Virus record (IMG/VR): IMGVR_UViG_3300027770_000026 | Coordinates: 124,001 to 188,000 of that record | DNA length: 64,000 nt | Reading direction: 5' to 3' (one strand) | Shown: positions 8,555-17,012 of the stretch, in pieces | Numbering within the stretch: position 1 is the stretch's first letter | Layout of the letters: every line of letters starts with the position of its first letter | The notes under the pieces: model-generated | What the model saw: only the letters and a program-made list of their open reading frames with translations | What the model was told of the DNA's origin: nothing | Database searches by the model: none | Made by a program: the position numbers and the translations under genes

Positions 8555-10756
8555 TTACTCTGCTCGTGCTTTGAGATGCTTGAGGCTCTTGATTGCGTCA
8601 CGTGCCATTGTGTCCTTTACTGCAGGCTTTTGCTTGTCATGCTTTTCTAAGAAGTTCTTGATAACTGTCATTGATACGTAGTGAGATGTCCCATCTTCAA
8701 AACGTACTTTATGATTACCATCTACGTCCTTAGCTTTACGTAGTTGCATTACAATGTGTGGGATCTTGTCATCATCCGCATCATCTTCTTTATCGTCATC
8801 CTTTGCTTCGTGCAATGGATCATCTTCGTAGAAGTCGTTAGGTGAACGATGGCCATGATGTTCTGTTGAACCACGAACCATTTCGTACTCAACATAATCC
8901 TTAACACGATTGATATAGTCGGCTGCCAGAGTAATCTTGGCCTGTACCCAACCTTCTAGCTCGCCCATACTGTCAAGCATGTTGTGCAAGTCACTTGCGT
9001 TCTTTACCATCTGGTACAGTTGTGACTGTGCCATTTGAACTTCATGATCATCTCTCACATCTAGCATGACCTGATGACCTTCTTTTATAACTTTGGCTTT
9101 TTTCTTTCTAGACTCTTGTACTGGCTGCTCAGGTTGTGCAGTTTCGTCACCGGGTGCAGGTAGTGCAGCAGGTGCTGGTTCCTCTGCTGGCATTTCTTCT
9201 GTATCATCTGCAGCATCCTTTGCTGCACTAATTGCTTCCTTCATGCCCAACGGATCCGTAACCCATGCTCCTAGCAACTTGCGATAAGAAATACCTGACT
9301 CTTCTGATACTTCGTGAATTGCATCGTACTGCTTGTCTAGATCATAGTCTCCGCCTAGTTTTTCGTGAATATCCGATAGTGCAGACTTAACTTCACTTTC
9401 GTCTTCGCCACGTTGCTCGCGGTCTTCTCTGGTTATGATCTGAGTAAATGGAATTGCACCTGCTGGGGTAATAATTATTTTCTTTTTTGTATCAACCTGA
9501 ATTGGGCCTGGTTTGAATTTTTGCTGACCACCTGCACCTGGCATTTGCCCTGGTTTCTGCTGCATCTGCTGTTGTTGCGCTTGTTGTGGTTGTTGCTGTT
9601 GTCCTGGCGCTGGCTGCTGTTGACTTGCCATACCTTGACCAAAAGAACCAACTGCTTGTCCAGCAACATTTGCACCTTTGACTACTGCATTACTTGCCAT
9701 ATTGCCTGCAGCTTGTGCGCCTTTGACTACTGCATTACTTGCCATATTACCTGCAGCTTGTGCGCCTTTAGCTACTACGTTACCTGCAGCTTGTGCGCCT
9801 TTAGCTACTACGTTACCTACAGCTTGTGCTCCTTTTACTGCAGCAGTGCCCAAAGCCTTTGCACCCTGTACTACTGCGCCACCAACACGGGCAGCACCTG
9901 TAGCTAATGCTCCAGCGCCTGCAGCTAATGCTGGAAGAATTTCATCTATTTGTTCTTCGCCCATGTACACTTCGGGTTCGTTGTTGGGCTTCTTACCTGG
10001 CTTTGGCTTCGGCTTTGGCTTCGGCTTTGGCTTCAACACTCCAAATGGATCAGTGTCTTGCTTTGGTTCAACAATTGGTGATAAACTTTTATCTTTTGGA
10101 TCTATTGGTTTACGTATTAGTACTTCGTGAATACTCAAAGGTTGAAATGCCTTACTGAACCATTCGCGTACTGCTGATTCATCCATACCAGCACTCAGAC
10201 GAACACGAGCCGGTACGTTCTTAGCATAAGCAGAATCGTATATAACGCTCCACTCCTCAGATACCATTTCCTTATTATCGCATTCGCACGGCATTGCTTC
10301 ACACACTGGGCAAGCATCCTCGCCTTCTTTTACTTGATAGTTCTTGCCATCTACCTTGAATGACTTCTTGTGTTGCATCTTAGCAGCAGCAAGTGCGCCA
10401 CTAAACTCGTTGCCTTCTTCCATGTCATCTTCGTCAACTAGGTTTTCGGCAATACGTGTCTCTTCGTCGTGTGCGCCTTTTGCAGAATTTAATTCATCTG
10501 CAAAGTCTGCAAATCCGTTCTTTTTAGAAAGGCTATCAAACCCGCTCTTCACTTCATCATGACTTACTCCACGCATGCCGCCAGCGACCCGTGCAGTAAC
10601 CTTATCGGGAGTAGCAGTAGGCTCGGGGCGACTTAATACATCTGAGTGTATTGTTTTTAGTGCGCCTTCAACGTCTTCAGTAATCATACCTTTTTCTTTA
10701 GTGGACGGTGTATTAATTACCGATAGCCATTTCTTCATGTTTTCTTGAGTTGTCAT
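8555..10756 (-). CDS. modular low-complexity protein, probable internal head/ejection protein
   Basis: 733 aa made of short modules separated by hydrophobic-x-E sites. CPVC..PCEC motif, PK, Q-rich and Gly/Ala repeats. Lies in a late operon. Confidence 0.7.
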   Translation of the reverse strand: MTTQENMKKWLSVINTPSTKEKGMITEDVEGALKTIHSDVLSRPEPTATPDKVTARVAGGMRGVSHDEVKSGFDSLSKKNGFADFADELNSAKGAHDEETRIAENLVDEDDMEEGNEFSGALAAAKMQHKKSFKVDGKNYQVKEGEDACPVCEAMPCECDNKEMVSEEWSVIYDSAYAKNVPARVRLSAGMDESAVREWFSKAFQPLSIHEVLIRKPIDPKDKSLSPIVEPKQDTDPFGVLKPKPKPKPKPKPGKKPNNEPEVYMGEEQIDEILPALAAGAGALATGAARVGGAVVQGAKALGTAAVKGAQAVGNVVAKGAQAAGNVVAKGAQAAGNMASNAVVKGAQAAGNMASNAVVKGANVAGQAVGSFGQGMASQQQPAPGQQQQPQQAQQQQMQQKPGQMPGAGGQQKFKPGPIQVDTKKKIIITPAGAIPFTQIITREDREQRGEDESEVKSALSDIHEKLGGDYDLDKQYDAIHEVSEESGISYRKLLGAWVTDPLGMKEAISAAKDAADDTEEMPAEEPAPAALPAPGDETAQPEQPVQESRKKKAKVIKEGHQVMLDVRDDHEVQMAQSQLYQMVKNASDLHNMLDSMGELEGWVQAKITLAADYINRVKDYVEYEMVRGSTEHHGHRSPNDFYEDDPLHEAKDDDKEDDADDDKIPHIVMQLRKAKDVDGNHKVRFEDGTSHYVSMTVIKNFLEKHDKQKPAVKDTMARDAIKSLKHLKARAE
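9676..9831. repeat. coding tandem repeats (2x45 nt plus 2x33 nt; KGAQAAGN units)
   Basis: Units start at 9676, 9721, 9766 and 9799. Confidence 0.9.
9999..10034. repeat. 12-nt tandem repeat x3 (GGCTTTGGCTTC; encodes KP repeats)
   Basis: Direct observation. Confidence 0.9.
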
Positions 10757-10770
10757 GAGTTAGTTAATCC

Positions 10771-11217
10771 TTATCTTGTCTTTAGTGTGCTGCGTAGGAA
10801 CCATGCATGCTTCTTGTGCGCTTCCATTCTGTCAGCGAGGAAGTTGCTGAGTGCATGTTCCTTGTTAGTTTCTGCTAGATCATATGATGCTTGCAGAGAA
10901 TTTAGTATTACTTCGTTTTCTGCAAGTAGACCACTTGCCATTTCAAGTGCGTTTGGAATCTTGCTGCTTTCTTGCACTTGACTGAGCTGCTTAAATCGCT
11001 CTAGTGTTCCTGGTGCGTAGCTTTGTAGCTGACGAATATGCTCGGCAAATGGGTCAACAGATCCTTGTACTTCCGAATAAATTTCTTCAAACAATTTGTG
11101 AAATTCGTAAAAGTCCGCTCCTTCTACGTTCCAGTGATATCCCCAGGCCTTAACATAGAACACAAATGTGTTTGAAAATGCAATCTTAAGTTGCTGAATT
11201 AGTTCGTCCATATACAA
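10771..11217 (-). CDS. dps: Dps/ferritin-like protein
   Basis: YHWNVEG.DF.EFHKLFEE.Y, D..AEHIR and HKKHAWFL signatures. Confidence 0.92.
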   Translation of the reverse strand: MYMDELIQQLKIAFSNTFVFYVKAWGYHWNVEGADFYEFHKLFEEIYSEVQGSVDPFAEHIRQLQSYAPGTLERFKQLSQVQESSKIPNALEMASGLLAENEVILNSLQASYDLAETNKEHALSNFLADRMEAHKKHAWFLRSTLKTR

Positions 11218-11232
11218 TCTCCGCTAGTGTTG

Positions 11233-11871
11233 TTATTTAGCGAAGTTAAAAGACTTTTTGGTATACTCTGCACGGGTCCATCCCATGAGATACCTAGCTT
11301 TCCAATCGTTTTGTGCAAAGCCCTGCAGGTGCTGCCATTCTCCTTGATGCTTGCGTATTTGTTGTGCAAGATCCTGCCAATCTTGTTGAGTTAACCAGCT
11401 TTCAGTTTGCAAGCGTTTATCATTGATGCGATTGAGATCATAATCGTCTAGCTCAATATGCAGCACTTCAACCGCGTCGCCGGTGTCATCCAAATGATCC
11501 ATAGCAAAGTCAAAGCCCCATTTAGGTTTAGTCTGTGCCATAAAAGCTGCACCTGGGTGATTATAGCATTTAATTTGGGCTAATGCATCTTCCGCAAAAT
11601 CACAGCGGTGTAACAGCATGCAGTGATCTAGGTGTAATCCATTTTTAATAATAGGCAGTAGCTCTAGCCAGGGATTCTGAAACGCCCAATGATTGAGGCA
11701 GTCTGATAAGGCAAAATAGTTGTCTTGATATAACTTGCGTTCGGCTACTGTAAGTTCAAATCCATCTTTGTCGTAGTAGTTAAAGTCGCTTCGCCTAACA
11801 TTGTGTGCTTCGCCCCGGCATGTAATATCCGCGCAAAAGCCCGCACCCGTAGATCGCTTTAACATAGTCAC
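11233..11871 (-). CDS. hypothetical protein
   Basis: 212-aa ORF in operon (YDKDGFEL, KPKWGFDF). Start may be ATG 11865. Confidence 0.75.
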   Translation of the reverse strand: MTMLKRSTGAGFCADITCRGEAHNVRRSDFNYYDKDGFELTVAERKLYQDNYFALSDCLNHWAFQNPWLELLPIIKNGLHLDHCMLLHRCDFAEDALAQIKCYNHPGAAFMAQTKPKWGFDFAMDHLDDTGDAVEVLHIELDDYDLNRINDKRLQTESWLTQQDWQDLAQQIRKHQGEWQHLQGFAQNDWKARYLMGWTRAEYTKKSFNFAK

Positions 11872-11875
11872 ATGT

Positions 11876-12442
11876 TTAATTTAGCTGGTTGATACAGCGT
11901 ACTATATTTTTTGCCCAGTTACTGGCTTTTTCTGCTAGTTCCCGATCGGATTCAATCTTCTTACCATCCTGGATGGTGCTTTCTAGCATACTCTTAGGTG
12001 GCGCTGTGAAACCCAGATAGCTAGCAAATGCGTTATGTATACCGTGTATGTGTTGGAAGCCGTCACTACTACCGCTTACTATGGTAGCAAATACTTTCTT
12101 AGCCATTGGGTTAATTTTGTGTTCGTTAGCCCAATCGTCAAAGTTGTCCATGCGCTCGATAAAGCTTTGGGCTAAACTGCTATGCACACCCCACCAAATT
12201 GGGGTAGCAATAACAACAGCGTCCATATCAATTACACTTTTGAGTAATGCCGTCATATCATCTGCACTGCCGTCGTCTGCTGCAAAGTTTGTGCTAAAGT
12301 CGTAAGTCATGCCTTTGAGCGACCGTACTACAACATCGGCGCCTTCGCGTTCCAGTGCTTGTTTAGCCACGCGACACAGTACTCGTGTGTTGCTGGGTTT
12401 GTTTACAGCTTTTAAGCTGGCTTCTACTATTAATATACGCAT
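11876..12442 (-). CDS. flavodoxin-like NAD(P)H-dependent FMN reductase family protein
   Basis: S...SNT FMN-phosphate loop, D.VVIATPIWWG, FIERMD. Confidence 0.85.
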   Translation of the reverse strand: MRILIVEASLKAVNKPSNTRVLCRVAKQALEREGADVVVRSLKGMTYDFSTNFAADDGSADDMTALLKSVIDMDAVVIATPIWWGVHSSLAQSFIERMDNFDDWANEHKINPMAKKVFATIVSGSSDGFQHIHGIHNAFASYLGFTAPPKSMLESTIQDGKKIESDRELAEKASNWAKNIVRCINQLN

Positions 12443-12465
12443 GTGAGTATTTATTGATCTTTAAT

Positions 12466-13344
12466 TTAAGTTGTCCAAGGGCGACCTGTAACTAGTCCGC
12501 CTACGTTAGGATTGTCTACTACTGTATTACCCACATACTGTGTGGGTAATTGTGTGATATCATAGGTAGCACGTGGATTGCCCGAGGCAGCACGATTAGT
12601 TGCAGCTAAATTTAATTTAGCTTTTTGTCTAGCCTCTTTGTCTGCTCCCCCACCTGTACCTGGTACATATATAACAAACGAAGTCCCGTCAGGTATTAAC
12701 GCTGAATTAAGTTCGTTGATTCCAGTACCAGTTAAATTGATGCCGCCGGCTGTGGCAATATTCCAAGTAGGAACTACTTCGGCAGGCAATTCAACATTGG
12801 ACGCAGGTGTTTGCATTGCTCTTATAAAACTAGGCTGTCCGTTAGCAGGTACAAATGTCCAAAGTCTACCAACAGGGGGTGTACCCGAAGAGTAGGAAAA
12901 ACTAGTTATAACACCATCGTCTTCTGCACACACATAGTCCCATACTATGTCATTTCCGGGCGAAACTCCTCCAAGAAGTTGCGTACCAAGCATGGTTAGT
13001 TGGCCACTACTAGCCGAATATCCGCCGGCGCCATATGTACAAACAACATTGCTAAAAGTTCCATTAGCGTTCAATGTAAAGCTAATTAGGGCTTGGCCAT
13101 AGGTAAAGGGTCTTGCTTCTGGAGGATTAATTTGATCAAATACATATTCTTTGGCAGATAGTGCTGGTAGAGCAAGTACTAGTGCTATGTAGGCATCTAT
13201 TGGGCCACTGTCTTTTCTAACACTAAATCCAGCACCGTATGAGTCATAGTTAAACGTGCCTGCGGCTACTAGATAACTGCCAGTAAAACTAGTTGCTGTT
13301 ATTTCAGTTGGTATTGTCAGTGTCGAAATTCCGTTAGCGGCCAT
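12466..13344 (-). CDS. putative virion/decoration protein
   Basis: 292 aa, G/S/T-rich beta-type composition, own TAAATA promoter (13361-13366) and GGGAG RBS. Confidence 0.7.
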   Translation of the reverse strand: MAANGISTLTIPTEITATSFTGSYLVAAGTFNYDSYGAGFSVRKDSGPIDAYIALVLALPALSAKEYVFDQINPPEARPFTYGQALISFTLNANGTFSNVVCTYGAGGYSASSGQLTMLGTQLLGGVSPGNDIVWDYVCAEDDGVITSFSYSSGTPPVGRLWTFVPANGQPSFIRAMQTPASNVELPAEVVPTWNIATAGGINLTGTGINELNSALIPDGTSFVIYVPGTGGGADKEARQKAKLNLAATNRAASGNPRATYDITQLPTQYVGNTVVDNPNVGGLVTGRPWTT

Positions 13345-13422
13345 TGTAATGTCTCCCAGTTATTTAGCATGCAGTGCGAGATTATTTTGGTAAAATTCAA
13401 ATAAATAACAAGAGGGCATTTT

Positions 13423-13644
13423 ATGAGAAAACTACTACTAACTGCTGCGTTCGTGCTGTTAACTGCGGGCTGTAGCGAACATTATCGTTATGCTTGCCAA
13501 GATCCAGCACACTGGAATGACGCAGAATGCAAGCGTCCACGCTGCGAAGTTGACGGCAATTGCCGCGATGAACTAACCGGTGGAGTCAGCGAGAAGATAC
13601 TAGACCCCGATCACCACAAGACTGAGGAACCCGTAAATGAGTAA
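13423..13644 (+). CDS. Cys-rich lipoprotein in lysis cassette (possible o-spanin-like)
   Basis: Signal peptide II with lipobox LTAGC plus four further Cys. Confidence 0.7.
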   Translation: MRKLLLTAAFVLLTAGCSEHYRYACQDPAHWNDAECKRPRCEVDGNCRDELTGGVSEKILDPDHHKTEEPVNE

Positions 13645-13918
13645 TCCACGTTATACAAGCGATGAGCTACACGCTCGTTTGAAGTTTTTTATTGGCGTAA
13701 CACTGTCGCTAACACTAGTTGGTATTGTGTTTGTTGTACTGTACAGCCTAATATTTGTAACACAGCCAATTGGTGTACAAAGTCCAAATGACGCAGAATT
13801 CTTTAAGCTGGTAACTCCAATTGCAACATTCCTCACAGGTCTACTGTCGGGCATAATGTTTGGCAAGAGCCCAGACGAGCCCAAGCCTGAAGCTCCACCA
13901 GAAGATACTATTGCATGA
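13637..13918 (+). CDS. two-TM membrane protein, holin candidate
   Basis: Two hydrophobic segments, overlapping the endolysin start. Confidence 0.6.
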   Translation: MSNPRYTSDELHARLKFFIGVTLSLTLVGIVFVVLYSLIFVTQPIGVQSPNDAEFFKLVTPIATFLTGLLSGIMFGKSPDEPKPEAPPEDTIA

Positions 13919-15036
13919 GTTTAAGTACACTACAAGAAAAAATGGGCGTTACAGCCGACGGAGCGTTTGGTAAAGGAACGCTCACTGCGGCTATGAAATA
14001 TTTCAAGCTAACACCTGATCGAGCAGCACACTTCTTTGGACAAGTTGGGCACGAAACAGGCGGCTTTAAAAGTTTCACCGAAAATCTCAACTATAGTGCA
14101 GAAGGCTTACTGAAGACATTTAGCAAGTACTTTGATACTGCTAGTGCTGCTGCTTGCGCACGTAATCCCGAGAAGATTGCCAATGTAGTGTACGCTAATC
14201 GCATGGGCAATGGTGATAGGGCTAGCGGCGATGGATGGAAGTATCGTGGACGTGGTGCACTACAGTTAACTGGCAAGGAAAACTATCAAGCACTAGCAGA
14301 CGCACTGGGCAAGCAGGAGATCATGCAGGATCCAGACCTAGTAGCAGACGACTATGCGTTTGATAGTGCCATGTTCTTCTTTAACAAGAACAAGCTATGG
14401 GCTATATGTGATCACGGTGTTAATGATGCTGCCATACTCGCACTAACTAAAAAGATTAATGGCGGCACACATGGACTAGATGATCGTACAGAGAGAACTA
14501 AGAAATATGCAGAATGGCTCAAAGGCGAAACGGCACCTGCTACAACACCAGCAGCCGCTGGCGGTAATATGCTAAGTGAAAATTTTGCACTACGAGACTT
14601 CATCAAAAGCGAAACTGCGACACGTAAGAAGATAGACAATACTCCATCACCTGCACATCTTGCAGCACTTAAAGCTGTGGCTAAGAACATATTAGAGCCT
14701 GTGCTTGCTCACTACAAAAAACCCATACGCATCAACAGTGCGTATCGTGGACCTGCACTTAACAAAGCAGTGGGCGGTAGTGCTAAGAGTCAACACTGCA
14801 ATGGTGAAGCTGTGGACTTTGAAATTGACGAGTTATCTAATCCAGAACTAGCCATGTGGGTTAGTAAGAATTTAGAATTTGATCAGTTGATACTAGAGTT
14901 TTATAATCCCAAAGAGGGACCAAATAGTGGGTGGGTGCATTGCAGCTATAAGGCTACAGGTACCAATCGTCGTCAAATCCTAACTGCTGTAACAGCAGGA
15001 GGAAAGACAGTTTACAAACCAGGATTTGTACTATGA
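13915..15036 (+). CDS. bifunctional endolysin: PG-binding segment, GH19 glycosidase and C-terminal peptidase M15A
   Basis: ADGAFGKGT; HET, YRGRGALQLTG.NY and INGG (GH19); TAPATTPAAAGG linker; NSAYR, SQH..GEAVD and WVH (M15). Confidence 0.9.
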   Translation: MSLSTLQEKMGVTADGAFGKGTLTAAMKYFKLTPDRAAHFFGQVGHETGGFKSFTENLNYSAEGLLKTFSKYFDTASAAACARNPEKIANVVYANRMGNGDRASGDGWKYRGRGALQLTGKENYQALADALGKQEIMQDPDLVADDYAFDSAMFFFNKNKLWAICDHGVNDAAILALTKKINGGTHGLDDRTERTKKYAEWLKGETAPATTPAAAGGNMLSENFALRDFIKSETATRKKIDNTPSPAHLAALKAVAKNILEPVLAHYKKPIRINSAYRGPALNKAVGGSAKSQHCNGEAVDFEIDELSNPELAMWVSKNLEFDQLILEFYNPKEGPNSGWVHCSYKATGTNRRQILTAVTAGGKTVYKPGFVL

Positions 15037-15305
15037 CCGTAACAAATTGGATTTTAAAAGTAACAGTGGGTACACTGGCGTGCATTGTCGTTGCTGTAGT
15101 TGTTGTTCTTATGGGTGGATTGTTTAATCCCATTGTAGACAACAACAAAATCTTTGAAATTATTGGTCCAGCATTTAGCACAGTGATTGGCGCGTTTGTT
15201 GGCTTGCTTGGCGGTATTTCTCTAAACAAGGCAGATGCTGCGGCTGCAGTTGAAGCTGATGCTAAAGCAGCGGAAGAGCAAAAGAAGAAGGACGAAGCCA
15301 AGTAG
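15033..15305 (+). CDS. two-TM membrane protein, holin/antiholin candidate
   Basis: Two hydrophobic segments and a charged C-tail, overlapping the endolysin stop. Confidence 0.6.
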   Translation: MTVTNWILKVTVGTLACIVVAVVVVLMGGLFNPIVDNNKIFEIIGPAFSTVIGAFVGLLGGISLNKADAAAAVEADAKAAEEQKKKDEAK

Positions 15306-15320
15306 TATTAAATATCCTGC

Positions 15321-15770
15321 ATGCAGGATAATACCAACTACTGGCGCAGCTTAACTTGGCCGGCCGCCCCCAACGATAACGACTACGAGTTGTTTGCGCA
15401 GCATTGCCAAGGTACAGTGCTGCTGATGGGCAGTACCCGTTTACTACTACCCCTAGCTAGTGAAGCATGGGATACTGAACCAGTGTATGATGATAGTAAA
15501 ATTAAGACTAGAGATTGGTTCTCCTTAGACACACACTATGATACCATCATCATTGATGGCGCACTATCATTTGGGCAAGAGTTTACAGCGCGTCTGCTGC
15601 CCATTGTGCTAGCACATTGTGATTGCTTTGTAGCGCGTGTGTTTTTACGCACCACTTGGCCCGCACGTTATGCTGTTTACTTTCCACGCGCACACGAACT
15701 TGACCCACAACCACAGGAGATTGAAGTAAACGATGTTTACTCATTTTATATATGGAACAACAAATACTAG
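15321..15770 (+). CDS. hypothetical protein with degenerate SAM-methyltransferase-like fold
   Basis: VLLMGST, WD, RDW and YDTIIIDG pattern. Confidence 0.55.
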   Translation: MQDNTNYWRSLTWPAAPNDNDYELFAQHCQGTVLLMGSTRLLLPLASEAWDTEPVYDDSKIKTRDWFSLDTHYDTIIIDGALSFGQEFTARLLPIVLAHCDCFVARVFLRTTWPARYAVYFPRAHELDPQPQEIEVNDVYSFYIWNNKY

Positions 15771-16342
15771 TAATGTACTCAGGCGGATTAGATAGTCTCG
15801 GTACCATCTACCAACTGCTAACTGATCCCCAGTACAAGGATTACACATTGCATGTACATCACGTACATCAACGCAATGTTGAGAATAGAAATCGTGCGGA
15901 AGCTATTGCAGTTGAACTTGTAGTCAATGAACTAGAGCGTATGGGTTACAATTTTGTCTACAGTGAAAGTGAAATTGCATCCCAGCCCTATAATGGCAGC
16001 TTCATGTACGACACCGACAGTGTTAACTTTTTTGCAGGTTACATCTGCTCCGTAAACCCCAACATAAAACATGTGGCAATGGGCATGAATGCCAACGATG
16101 AAAATCACAATCTAAATGAACGACGTGTACGAGCTGATGCTATACTTGCTGCGTTTACCCCAGTAAAGAAGATCTATCCCGTACTCAACATGAGCAAGCG
16201 TGAGATTTATGATATGTTACCTGCAAATTTAAGAAACATGTTTTGGAGCTGTCGTACACCCGTGTACACAGACACCAAGGTTAATCCCTGTGGTCGTTGT
16301 AAGACCTGTGTACAGCTAAGAGAAGCAGGGATTAGGGGCTAG
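15752..16342 (+). CDS. QueC-like PP-loop ATPase
   Basis: YSGGLDS PP-loop, YP.L..SK.EI, WSC...PCGRCKTC zinc site. Confidence 0.8.
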   Translation: MEQQILVMYSGGLDSLGTIYQLLTDPQYKDYTLHVHHVHQRNVENRNRAEAIAVELVVNELERMGYNFVYSESEIASQPYNGSFMYDTDSVNFFAGYICSVNPNIKHVAMGMNANDENHNLNERRVRADAILAAFTPVKKIYPVLNMSKREIYDMLPANLRNMFWSCRTPVYTDTKVNPCGRCKTCVQLREAGIRG

Positions 16343-17006
16343 TATACTTGGCCACAGTTGCGGAGTAGTTTGATCCTGTTATAGTAGTGTCAATGGTTAA
16401 TGCGTCAAACTTGCCTATGTATCTAGCATTTACTTCTATAGAAGTAAAATCAACTACGCCAATTCCAAACACAGACGATGGCGGTGCATTTCTTGTAATC
16501 GAGGATGCAGTAACCGCCGTTTCATTATTCAATGACATACCAATCACACTAGTGGCAGCATTGTAGTAGAGATACAGATGATTCCATGCATTTAATTCCA
16601 CAGTACCTACGGAAGTTAGTGCAGATATTGCTGACATTTCCCATGTTCTGCCACGTAGATATCCACTGCTATTAATTTCTAACATGGAATAGTGATAGTT
16701 TCCGTTCTCCACCGCTTGTCCTAGTTCAGCTATGAGTGTTTTACCCCAGCTGGTAGGATAAAACCACAAGTTGATATTAAAACTTGGAAGACTACCAAAT
16801 GGCGAAGTTAACAAGTATTCCTGTCCGGTGAGACGTTGTACGCCAGCGGTGGTTGCGTCAGGATAAGTCATTGTCCCATATGTTTGATGGCCTGCATTGG
16901 TGTCATACCAATTATATGACACACTGTTAGAAATATAGGAGCCCTGTGGAATTATAGGCACCCAGCTCCTACTTGCACTTTCTACTATTGTTTGTAAGAT
17001 AGGCAT
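16332..17006 (-). CDS. ConA/LamG-like lectin-fold virion protein
   Basis: INLWFYP, NAWNHL and G..D.L pattern. Last gene of the fibre operon. Confidence 0.65.
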   Translation of the reverse strand: MPILQTIVESASRSWVPIIPQGSYISNSVSYNWYDTNAGHQTYGTMTYPDATTAGVQRLTGQEYLLTSPFGSLPSFNINLWFYPTSWGKTLIAELGQAVENGNYHYSMLEINSSGYLRGRTWEMSAISALTSVGTVELNAWNHLYLYYNAATSVIGMSLNNETAVTASSITRNAPPSSVFGIGVVDFTSIEVNARYIGKFDALTIDTTITGSNYSATVAKYTSP

Positions 17007-17012
17007 TAACGC

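Noticed and set aside
9676-10034. Tandem repeats as possible CRISPR array
   Set aside because: No spacers. Units are in-frame multiples of three within a CDS.
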